Shown: positions 1 to 7,929 of the stretch, in pieces | Layout of the letters: each line of letters begins with the position of its first letter | Numbering within the stretch: the first letter of the stretch is position 1 | From: an uncultured Collinsella sp. | Lineage (GTDB): Bacteria > Actinomycetota > Coriobacteriia > Coriobacteriales > Coriobacteriaceae | Assembly (NCBI GenBank): GCA_902495945.1 | Contig: CABUZD010000001.1 | Span: forward strand, 1 to 39,383 | Direction: 5' to 3' | DNA length: 39,383 nucleotides | Program-made: the position numbers and the translations under genes | Notes under the pieces: generated by a model | The model's database searches: none | Seen by the model: the letters and a program-made list of their open reading frames with translations, nothing else | Told to the model about the DNA's origin: nothing

Positions 1-128
1 ATCTACTACGTTTAACCGATTACCCTCAACCATGCCGAATTTTGCGAAATTAAAACCGCAGGTAGACGGCTTGCGTATTCTCGGAAAACCGGGGGATGGT
101 CGACCCATACGGTTCAAACGTAGTAGAT
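1..128. repeat. Short element bounded by ~18-bp inverted repeats (MITE/REP-like); may extend left of the window
   Basis: atctactacgttt-aaccg (1-18) is the reverse complement of cggttcaaacgtagtagat (110-128) with one indel; non-coding, upstream of tex. Confidence 0.6.
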
Positions 129-226
129 AGGCCGTTTTCGTGACGCAGCCCCAAAACAGTCTTTTGGGACGGGTGGTATCCTTGGTAGCTCTGCGCTGCA
201 AACGTACCTCAAACGCAAGGAGTCCC

Positions 227-2374
227 ATGGATCTTATCGCCCAGCTCACCCGCGAGCTCAACCTTAAGGCCGCCAACATCGAGGCAGCCGTCAAGCTCAT
301 CGACGAGGGCAACACCATCCCCTTTATCTCGCGCTACCGCAAAGAAGCCACGGGCGGCATGGACGACGTCGCCCTGCGCGCACTCGACGAGCGTCTGTCT
401 TACCTGCGCAATCTTGAGCAGCGCAAAGAGGACGTCATTCTGCTCATCGACGCCCAGGGCAAACTCACGCCAGAGCTTGAGCAGCAAATTCGCGAGGCCA
501 CGCAGCTCCAGCGTGTCGAGGACCTCTACAAGCCCTACCGCAAAAAGCGCATGACTCGCGCGCAGAAGGCCCGCGAGGCAGGCCTGGAGCCGCTTGCCAA
601 CATGATCATCATGCAGGCCTCGGCCAAGGGCAGCGCGCTCGATGCCGCCGCGGCCTACGTCAACGAGGACGCCGGCTTCGACACGCCCGAAAAGGCGCTC
701 GCCGGGGCGGCGGACATCGTGGCCGAGACGGTGGCCGAGGACCCCGAGAACGTCGCCGATCTGCGCGCCTTTACGCAAAACACCGCCGACATCATCGTCG
801 AGGCCACCGACCCCGCCGAGAAGACCCCCTACGAGCCGTACTACAGCTATGATGAGCCGCTGCGCCGCATCCCCAACCACCGTGTGCTGGCTATCGACCG
901 CGGTGAGCGCGAGGGCAAGCTCCGCGTGCGCGTGAACGTCGACGGCGCCGCCGCCACGGCACGCCTCGGCAGCCGTTGGCCCCGACGCCAGGGCGTATTC
1001 GCGCCCGTCTTCGATGCCGCCATCGCCGACGGCTACAAGCGCCTCATGGCCCCCTCGCTGGAGCGCGAGGCCCGCGCCAAACTCACCGTTCGTGCCCAGA
1101 CCGAGGCTATCAACGTCTTTGCCAAGAATCTCGAGGGCCTGCTCTCGGCACGCCCCGTCCGTGGCGCCCGCGTGCTCGCGCTCGATCCGGGCTACCGCAC
1201 CGGCTGCAAGGTCGCCGTCATGGACGAGACCGGCAAGCTGCTCGACCACGGCGTGGTCTACCCCACCAAGCCGCGCCACGACGTCGCCGGCACCAAGCGC
1301 GAGCTCGCCCGCCTCGTCAAGAAGGACAGCGTCAACACCATCGTCATCGGCAACGGCACCGCCAGCCGCGAGACCGAGGAAGTCGTTTCGGAGTTCATCG
1401 CCGAGCAGGCGCCCAGCCTTCGCTACACCATCGTTAACGAAGCCGGCGCGTCGGTGTACTCCGCCTCCGAGCTCGCCAGCCAGGAATATCCCGACCTGGA
1501 CGTCACCGTGCGTGGCGCCATGAGCCTGGGCCGTCGCCTGCAAGACCCGCTGGCAGAGCTCGTCAAGATTCCGCCCCAGTCCATCGGCGTTGGCCAGTAC
1601 CAACACGACCTTGACCAGGCCGAGCTCTCGCGCACTCTGGGCCACGTGGTGGAGGACGTCGTCAACCGCGTAGGCGTCGACGTCAACACCGCAAGCGCGA
1701 GCCTGCTGGGATACGTATCGGGCATCACGCCGAGCGTGGCCAAGAATATCGTGGCCTACCGCGAGGAAAACGGTGCCTTTACCGATCGCCGCCAGCTTAA
1801 GAAGGTCCCCAAACTGGGACCCAAGGCATATCTCAACGCCGCGGGCTTCCTGCGCATCAGCGGTGGCAAGAACCCACTCGACGCGACAAGCGTCCACCCC
1901 GAGAGCTACGAGGTAGCCACGGCCGTCCTGGAGCGCGCAGGCGTTAAAGCCAGTGAGCTCAGCCGCGGCGGCGTACCCGACATCGAGCGCCGCCTGGGCA
2001 GCATCTCGGCGCTGGCAAGCGACCTGGACTGCGGCACCCTCACGCTCATCGACATTGTCAACGAGCTCAAGAAGCCCGGTCGCGACCCGCGCGACGACGC
2101 GCCCGAGGTGGTCTTTAGCCGCTCAGCACTTTCCATCGACGACCTGGAGTCCGGCATGGAGCTCAAGGGCACAGTGCGCAACGTCGTCGACTTTGGCGCC
2201 TTCGTCGACGTGGGCGTGCACCAGGACGGCCTCGTGCACATCTCCAAACTGGCCAACCGCTTCGTCAAGCACCCCAGCGACGTGGTGCGCGTCGGTGACA
2301 CGGTCAAGGTGTGGGTCGAGAAGGTCGATCGCGACCGCAAAAAGATCTCGCTCACCATGGTACAGGGCAAGTAA
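227..2374 (+). CDS. tex: Tex-family RNA-binding transcriptional accessory protein (YqgF-like, HhH and S1 domains)
   Basis: Motifs GNTIPFISRYRKEATG, LALDPGYRTGCK, IGNGTASRET, VNEAGASVYSAS, IGVGQYQHD and C-terminal S1 (DFGAFVDVGVHQDGLVHIS); ATG at 227 preceded by AAGGAG. Confidence 0.95.
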   Translation: MDLIAQLTRELNLKAANIEAAVKLIDEGNTIPFISRYRKEATGGMDDVALRALDERLSYLRNLEQRKEDVILLIDAQGKLTPELEQQIREATQLQRVEDLYKPYRKKRMTRAQKAREAGLEPLANMIIMQASAKGSALDAAAAYVNEDAGFDTPEKALAGAADIVAETVAEDPENVADLRAFTQNTADIIVEATDPAEKTPYEPYYSYDEPLRRIPNHRVLAIDRGEREGKLRVRVNVDGAAATARLGSRWPRRQGVFAPVFDAAIADGYKRLMAPSLEREARAKLTVRAQTEAINVFAKNLEGLLSARPVRGARVLALDPGYRTGCKVAVMDETGKLLDHGVVYPTKPRHDVAGTKRELARLVKKDSVNTIVIGNGTASRETEEVVSEFIAEQAPSLRYTIVNEAGASVYSASELASQEYPDLDVTVRGAMSLGRRLQDPLAELVKIPPQSIGVGQYQHDLDQAELSRTLGHVVEDVVNRVGVDVNTASASLLGYVSGITPSVAKNIVAYREENGAFTDRRQLKKVPKLGPKAYLNAAGFLRISGGKNPLDATSVHPESYEVATAVLERAGVKASELSRGGVPDIERRLGSISALASDLDCGTLTLIDIVNELKKPGRDPRDDAPEVVFSRSALSIDDLESGMELKGTVRNVVDFGAFVDVGVHQDGLVHISKLANRFVKHPSDVVRVGDTVKVWVEKVDRDRKKISLTMVQGK

Positions 2375-2383
2375 ACCGCCAAA

Positions 2384-2601
2384 GCAAAGGTACCCCCCTG
2401 TAGCGATGTGCAAAATCGCGAGTATTCTGCAAATTCCACCGTTCCGGATGCCTCTCAGAGACGAAAAAGCAAAAAACAGCCCCCGTTTTAGCGTCGTCAG
2501 AGCCAAAACGGGGGCTGTTCCATGCTTCGGTTAACTGATAAAGACCTTTACCTTGCTGAATACTCTCAATTTTGCACGGCGCAGGCGGGGGGTACCTTTG
2601 C
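2384..2601. repeat. ~218-bp non-coding element with ~49-bp imperfect terminal inverted repeats and an internal 15-bp hairpin (MITE-like)
   Basis: 2384-2432 gcaaaggtacccccctgtagcgatgtgcaaaatcgcgagtattctgcaa pairs with 2553-2601; internal aacagcccccgtttt (2475-2489) / aaaacgggggctgtt (2505-2519). Confidence 0.7.
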
Positions 2602-2655
2602 CCACGGCAGGATATAGAAGCCAAGCGCCAACTTGCTGGCAAGCTCGTGTCGGCA

Positions 2656-2727
2656 GCCCCGGCCTTTCCTTTGCCTAGCGCGACCCTCGCGAGGCGCGTG
2701 AGCGATAGGGAAAGGAAAGGCCGGGGC
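2656..2727. terminator. Long hairpin between the convergent tex and transaldolase genes
   Basis: Perfect 17-bp stem gccccggcctttccttt / aaaggaaaggccggggc about 30 bp downstream of the transaldolase stop; no clear U-tract. Confidence 0.45.
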
Positions 2728-2757
2728 GAGCAGCCCGCGGCGTAGCCAGTGTTCGCG

Positions 2758-3462
2758 TTACGGCAGAATATGGAAGCCCAAAGCGGCGATATCCTTGGCA
2801 AAGCCGCGCACGGTATCGAGCGAGACCTCGTACGGGTCGCGACCGATGTTCTTGCGCTTGGCCAGGATGCTGTTGGGCACCGTAATGATCTGGCAACCGC
2901 AGGCCTCGGCCTGGTAAATGTTGATGAGCTCGCGCGTGGACGCCCACAGGACCTCACAGTTGGGCTTGGCGGCAGCCTTCTTGACCGACTCCGTCATAAA
3001 CGGAATGGGATCGACGCCGGTGTCGGCGATGCGGCCGGCAAAGAGCGAGATGATGGACGGCGTCTCGGCGTCAACAACCTCGATCATCTCGTCAACCTGC
3101 TCGGGAGTAAAAATGGTAGTGACGTTGACCTTGATGCCGTCGGCGGAAAGCTTGCGCACCCGCTCGGCGGTGGACTCGCCCTTGGTAGTCACGCACGGAA
3201 TCTTGACGTAGACGTTCTCGGCCCAGGTAGCGATCTCGCGGGCCTCGACCTCCATGGTCTCGACGTCGTCGGCAAAGACCTCAAACGAGACGGACACATC
3301 GGTGATGTGAGCCAGGACCTCTTTGGCAAACGCGCGGTAATCCATCACGCCGCCCTTCTTCATAAGGGACGGGTTGGTCGTGAAACCCTGAACGTTGCCG
3401 TTCTCGTACATGTCGAGCATGCCTTCGAGGTTTGCACCGTCAGCGAACACCTTGATTGCCAT
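2758..3462 (-). CDS. tal: Transaldolase (short TalC/FSA-like family)
   Basis: IKVFADGA, GFTTNPSLM, VYVKIP, VNVTTIF, SLFAGRIADTG, LWASTRE motifs; ATG at 3462 with AAAGGA RBS. Confidence 0.9.
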   Translation of the reverse strand: MAIKVFADGANLEGMLDMYENGNVQGFTTNPSLMKKGGVMDYRAFAKEVLAHITDVSVSFEVFADDVETMEVEAREIATWAENVYVKIPCVTTKGESTAERVRKLSADGIKVNVTTIFTPEQVDEMIEVVDAETPSIISLFAGRIADTGVDPIPFMTESVKKAAAKPNCEVLWASTRELINIYQAEACGCQIITVPNSILAKRKNIGRDPYEVSLDTVRGFAKDIAALGFHILP

Positions 3463-3587
3463 CTGCCTGATTCCTTTCGTTAGCATACGGCCGATAAACT
3501 GCTAAACACTTTACCTACGTTTATCAAGGCGTGAACTGCGGTTTTTTATCTTCTCGGCGAACGGTATAAACACCTCAGTGTTTGGAT

Positions 3588-3605
3588 TGATAAATCGATT
3601 GAGCA
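3588..3605. promoter_or_regulatory. Candidate LacI-family operator upstream of transaldolase
   Basis: TGATAAATCGATTGAGCA, imperfect 18-bp palindrome (14/18) with central CG. Confidence 0.45.
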
Positions 3606-3655
3606 TGCAAAAGCAAAGAGTCGCAGTTTGAGCAAACGTCAGAACGCGGGATTCA

Positions 3656-4483
3656 TTAGATGAGGCCGAAATGCTGCATCGCTGTGACGGTGCCGTCGTG
3701 TGCGACATCGTCGGTCACGTAGTCGGCGACCGCCTTGACCTCAGGCATGGCGTTGCCCATGGCGACAGCCGTCTCGACCGCAGCGAGCATGCCCAGGTCG
3801 TTACCCGAATCGCCGAAGCCAAAGGTGCGTGCGTTGCCGGTGCGACCCAGGTATTCCAGCGCTCGCGCCACGCCCACGCCCTTGTCGATGCCCTTGGGGC
3901 TCAGCTCGCGATTCTGACCACCGGTGTTGCACAGCTCAAACTCGCGATCGATAAAGCCATCATCGTTGGCTACGCGAGCCAGGTCGCTCGCGACGATGCC
4001 TACCTTGCCCACGCGCAGACGGCCGTCGACGCGCATTTCCTCGGTGCTGTGCACCACAGAAGTGCCAATCAGAGACGACTGCTCAACACCCGCGGGTTCC
4101 AGGGCAAAGGTAGCCACGTTGGTCTCGAAAAAGGCTTCAATCCCTGCCGCGGCCATACGGCGTGCAAGCTCCTCGATAACGTCCTCATCAAAGCAGTCCT
4201 CGTGTACCACGCGGCCCTCGACCTCGAGCGTCGCTCCCGCCATGGCAACGACACCCGCCGGGTTCAGCGCGCGCAGGCCATCGGCAATCAGCCACAAGGG
4301 ACGACCCGTGCAGATAAATGCCTGGTGTCCCGCGTCGCGCAGACGATGAAACGCCTCGACGACCGCCTGCGAGGGGTGAACCGCCGAAAAGTCCTTGTCG
4401 GTCATGTTGTCGGGATCGAACGACGTCAGCGTGCCGTCCACGTCAAAAAAGAGCACGGCGGAATCGGGGCACGCATCAATCAT
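3656..4483 (-). CDS. Cof-type HAD-IIB family hydrolase
   Basis: FFDVDGTL (motif I), CTGR (II), KGIDKG (III), FGDSGNDLGML and AMGNA (IV). Confidence 0.92.
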   Translation of the reverse strand: MIDACPDSAVLFFDVDGTLTSFDPDNMTDKDFSAVHPSQAVVEAFHRLRDAGHQAFICTGRPLWLIADGLRALNPAGVVAMAGATLEVEGRVVHEDCFDEDVIEELARRMAAAGIEAFFETNVATFALEPAGVEQSSLIGTSVVHSTEEMRVDGRLRVGKVGIVASDLARVANDDGFIDREFELCNTGGQNRELSPKGIDKGVGVARALEYLGRTGNARTFGFGDSGNDLGMLAAVETAVAMGNAMPEVKAVADYVTDDVAHDGTVTAMQHFGLI

Positions 4484-4558
4484 ATGGGTTCCTTTCGGGG
4501 GGAAGAGTAAACGAAGTATCCATCATATAATGGAGCGACGCAACCAGAGAGGTCACCC

Positions 4559-7117
4559 ATGGAATTTTACGCAAGCTGCCCCGAGGGCTTTGAGTCCGCA
4601 CTCGCCGATGAGCTTAAACGCCTCGGGCTTTCGCAGGTTCGTCGGCTGAAGGGCCGCGCTACATTTGAGGGCGAGCTCGAAGAAGGCTACCGCGCCTGTC
4701 TGTGGTCGCGCCTGGCGAGCCGTGTGTTCGTGGTGCTCGGGCGCTTTGAGGCGCAGGATGCCGACGAGCTGTACGATAGCGTTTACGACATCACCTGGGA
4801 GACCATCATCCGCCCCGGCGCCACCATCGCCATCACCGCCCGCGCCGTGACCGAGCAGCTGCGCAACACGCGCTTCTCGGCCCTGCGCGCCAAGGACGCG
4901 CTGTGCGACCGTCTGGCCGAGACCACGGGCCGTCGCGCCGATGTCGACGCTGCCGATCCCGACGTTCACCTGCTGCTTTCGCTGCGCCAGCGCCGCGCGA
5001 GCATCAGCCTGGACCTTTCGGGCGACCCGCTGTTCAAGCGCCTGCCGCCCGCGGCGACCCGTGCCGGCGAGGGCGCGCACGTGCTGCGCCCCGACTACGC
5101 CGCCCTGGTGCTGGCGCAGGTCGGCTGGACCGCACTGTGCGAGCGCGAGTTGACGGCCGACGATTACGAGAATGAAGCCCTTCCCACGCTAATCGATGCC
5201 TCGTGCGCCGGCGGCGGCCTGTTGCTGGAAGCCGTGAACATTCTGACCGACCGCGCCCCGGGCGCCGCACGCGAGCGCTGGGGCTTTGAGGGCTGGCAGC
5301 TGCACGACGCCGCTCTGTGGGAGCAGCTGCTTGCCGAGGCGCGCGAGCGCGAGGCGGCAGCGCGCGAGCGCCAGGCGCGCATCGTGGCCGTAGACATCGA
5401 CCCCGCCGCCCGCAAGACCGCCGAGCGCATGGTCAAGAGCGCTGGCTACAAGCGTTTTGTCGACTTTTGCGCCGCCAAGCCCGCCACCGTGCTGGACCAT
5501 GCCGGCGCTGTCGCCGGTGCCGCCGTGGTCGCAGACACCACCGAGACCCCGCTTTCGCTCATGCACGACGCCATGACGCTGGTCGGCGAGCTGCGCCGCG
5601 CGCCCGAGCTCGCTTCAGCGCCGGTCGCCGCGCTCACCCGCGACGGATTGCTGGCCCGCGCACTCCATGCCGAGCCCGCGCGCTCCATCGCCGTCATGCC
5701 CAATAACGAGGAGGCGGCTATTGAGGTTTGGCCCTCGCTCGACCACGCCGCCGCGGCATTTGAAGCTGCGACCAGCGCAAACACCGAGGAACAGTCCGCG
5801 GAAGCCGAAGACGAAGCCGCCAACGCCTCCATGCCCGAACCTGCCGCCACGCTCGACCTGGGCGACGGCAAGCCGCTGCCCGTGCTCATCCCGGAGTCCG
5901 AGCAGTTCGCCAACCGCCTGCGCAAGAATGCCCGTCTGCGCCGCAAGTGGGCCAAGCGCGAGGGCGTGAGCTGCTACCGCGTCTACGATGCCGACCTGCC
6001 CGACTACTCCGCCGCCATCGACCTGTACCAGGGTTGCCCGCAGACGCCGGGCCGCTGGCTCGTCATCGCCGAATACGCCGCGCCCAAGACCATCGACCCC
6101 GCGCTTGCCCAGGCACGCATGCTCGACATCTTGGCCATCGCGCCGCGCATCCTGGATGTTCCGGCCGAGCATGTGCACGCCAAGGCCCGCATGCGTTCGC
6201 GCGGCGGCTCGCAGTATGGCAAGCAGGGCGCCGGCAAGGGCGGATCGGGCGAGCGCGCCAACATCGCGCGCCGTCGCCTGCCGCTCATCGAAGAGGGCGG
6301 ACTCACCTTTGCCGTCAACTTTGATGACTACCTGGATGTGGGCATCTTCTTGGATCACCGCGTCACCCGCAACCTGGTGCGCGAGCACGCCAAGCAGGCG
6401 CGCCGCTTCCTCAATCTGTTCGCCTATACCGGCACCGCCACCTGCTATGCGGCCGACGGCGGCGTCGAGGAAACCGTGACAGTCGACCTTTCCAACACCT
6501 ACCTGGACTGGGCCGAGCGCAATATGCGCCAGAACGGCTTTGTTGGTCCGCAGCATCATTTTGTGCGCGACGACGTGCTCGCCTGGATTCGCGACCAGCG
6601 CCAGACGCGCAACCGCTGGGACCTGATTTTTGTCGATCCGCCCACGTTTTCGAACTCATCCAAGATGGGCCGCCGCACCTGGGATGTCCAGCGCGACCAT
6701 GTTGAGCTTTTGGCCGGCGTATCGCGCCTGCTCGCACAGGGCGGCCACGCCATCTTTAGCTGCAACCTGCGCGGCTTCCGCCCCGAGACGCGTAAGCTCG
6801 CGCGTGCGGGCGTGGTGCTGGAGGACATTACGGCGCAGACCATCCCCGAGGATTTCGCGCGCAACCAGAAGGTGCATCATTGCTATATCGTGCGCCGCCT
6901 GCCCATCGAGGACGCCATGGCAGAGGTCGACTTTAGCGCCGAGGAAATTGCCGAGCGCGTCGAGGAACTGCGTAACCCCGAGGCCCGCAAGCCTCGCGCG
7001 GCAGTGCCCGCGCACGCGCAGACCGGCAACGGCAAGTCCAACTTTGCCGGCAAACCCTCCCCTGCCGGCAAGTCCAAAAAGAAGAAGTTCTACGCCAGCA
7101 AGCCCAAGGGCAAATAA
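4559..7117 (+). CDS. rlmKL: Bifunctional 23S rRNA methyltransferase RlmK/RlmL (THUMP plus two MTase domains)
   Basis: YRACLWSRLASRV, FANRLRKN, YRVYDADLPDY, GIFLDHR, FLNLFAYTG, DPPTFSNS; TATAAT at 4526-4531 upstream. Confidence 0.92.
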   Translation: MEFYASCPEGFESALADELKRLGLSQVRRLKGRATFEGELEEGYRACLWSRLASRVFVVLGRFEAQDADELYDSVYDITWETIIRPGATIAITARAVTEQLRNTRFSALRAKDALCDRLAETTGRRADVDAADPDVHLLLSLRQRRASISLDLSGDPLFKRLPPAATRAGEGAHVLRPDYAALVLAQVGWTALCERELTADDYENEALPTLIDASCAGGGLLLEAVNILTDRAPGAARERWGFEGWQLHDAALWEQLLAEAREREAAARERQARIVAVDIDPAARKTAERMVKSAGYKRFVDFCAAKPATVLDHAGAVAGAAVVADTTETPLSLMHDAMTLVGELRRAPELASAPVAALTRDGLLARALHAEPARSIAVMPNNEEAAIEVWPSLDHAAAAFEAATSANTEEQSAEAEDEAANASMPEPAATLDLGDGKPLPVLIPESEQFANRLRKNARLRRKWAKREGVSCYRVYDADLPDYSAAIDLYQGCPQTPGRWLVIAEYAAPKTIDPALAQARMLDILAIAPRILDVPAEHVHAKARMRSRGGSQYGKQGAGKGGSGERANIARRRLPLIEEGGLTFAVNFDDYLDVGIFLDHRVTRNLVREHAKQARRFLNLFAYTGTATCYAADGGVEETVTVDLSNTYLDWAERNMRQNGFVGPQHHFVRDDVLAWIRDQRQTRNRWDLIFVDPPTFSNSSKMGRRTWDVQRDHVELLAGVSRLLAQGGHAIFSCNLRGFRPETRKLARAGVVLEDITAQTIPEDFARNQKVHHCYIVRRLPIEDAMAEVDFSAEEIAERVEELRNPEARKPRAAVPAHAQTGNGKSNFAGKPSPAGKSKKKKFYASKPKGK

Positions 7118-7120
7118 CAA

Positions 7121-7187
7121 AGTTGCGGTGGAATACGGACTGTTTTGCCTGGAATTAGGCAAATTTAGACCGTATTTCACCGCAACT
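7121..7187. terminator. 67-bp hairpin between convergent rlmKL and kdpE
   Basis: agttgcggtggaatacgg / ccgtatttcaccgcaact outer stem plus tttgcct / aggcaaa inner stem. Confidence 0.55.
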
Positions 7188-7211
7188 CATATTGGGATGG
7201 CGGATGCCGAC

Positions 7212-7925
7212 CTATCCCTGGATGACCAATCGGTAACCGATACCCACGTGTGTCTGGATATAGCGCGGATGCGCGGGGTCGGACTCGATCTTCTTGCGCA
7301 ACGTGCCCATAAAGACACGCAGGCTCGCCAGGTCGCTCTTGGTCGACGTGCCCCAAATCTCGTGCAAAATAAACTGGTGCGTCAGTACCTTGTCGGCGTT
7401 ATGCGCCAGCAGGCACAGGAGCTTGTACTCAATCGGCGTCAGGTGCAACTCCTCGCCATCCATCGTGGCAATGCCGGCATCAAAATCGATATGCAGCTCA
7501 CCGGTATCGAACGAGCCCTCGGAGACAACGCCGCCCGTTTGCGCATACGAAAGGCGCCTGAGCGTCGTGCGAATGCGCGCGAGCAGCTCCTCGACCGAAA
7601 ACGGCTTGGTCAGATAGTCGTCGGCACCGGCATCGAGCGCGCGGATTTTGTCCGCATCCTCGCTGCGCGCCGAGACCACGATGATCGGCATGCCCGACCA
7701 TGCGCGCACCGACTCCACCACCTTGACGCCGTCCATATCGGACAGGCCCAGATCGAGCAGCACAATGCTCGGCGCCTGCGATGAGGCGGCGGCGATGGCG
7801 GCATGGGCAGTCTCCACAGCCATATGACGCAAGCCGTGCGCCTCGAGCGCGGCAACGATAAGGTTGCGGACAGCGGGGTCGTCCTCAACGACCAAGATGA
7901 GCGGTTTTACGGCAGAGTTCGGCAC
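7212..7925 (-). CDS. kdpE: KdpE-like OmpR-family response regulator
   Basis: ILVVEDD, LLDLGLSDMDG, KIRALDAGADDYLTKPF, KVLTHQFILHEIWG, LRKKIESDPAHPRYIQTHVGIGYR; GTG at 7925 after AAGGAG. Confidence 0.88.
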   Translation of the reverse strand: MPNSAVKPLILVVEDDPAVRNLIVAALEAHGLRHMAVETAHAAIAAASSQAPSIVLLDLGLSDMDGVKVVESVRAWSGMPIIVVSARSEDADKIRALDAGADDYLTKPFSVEELLARIRTTLRRLSYAQTGGVVSEGSFDTGELHIDFDAGIATMDGEELHLTPIEYKLLCLLAHNADKVLTHQFILHEIWGTSTKSDLASLRVFMGTLRKKIESDPAHPRYIQTHVGIGYRLVIQG

Positions 7926-7929
7926 AGCG

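Noticed and set aside
140..226. Longer ORF-track starts for tex (140), tal (3486), kdpE (8006), kup (11968), ABC (25346) and the adhesin (39262)
   Set aside because: Downstream starts have clear Shine-Dalgarno sequences and match family N-termini.
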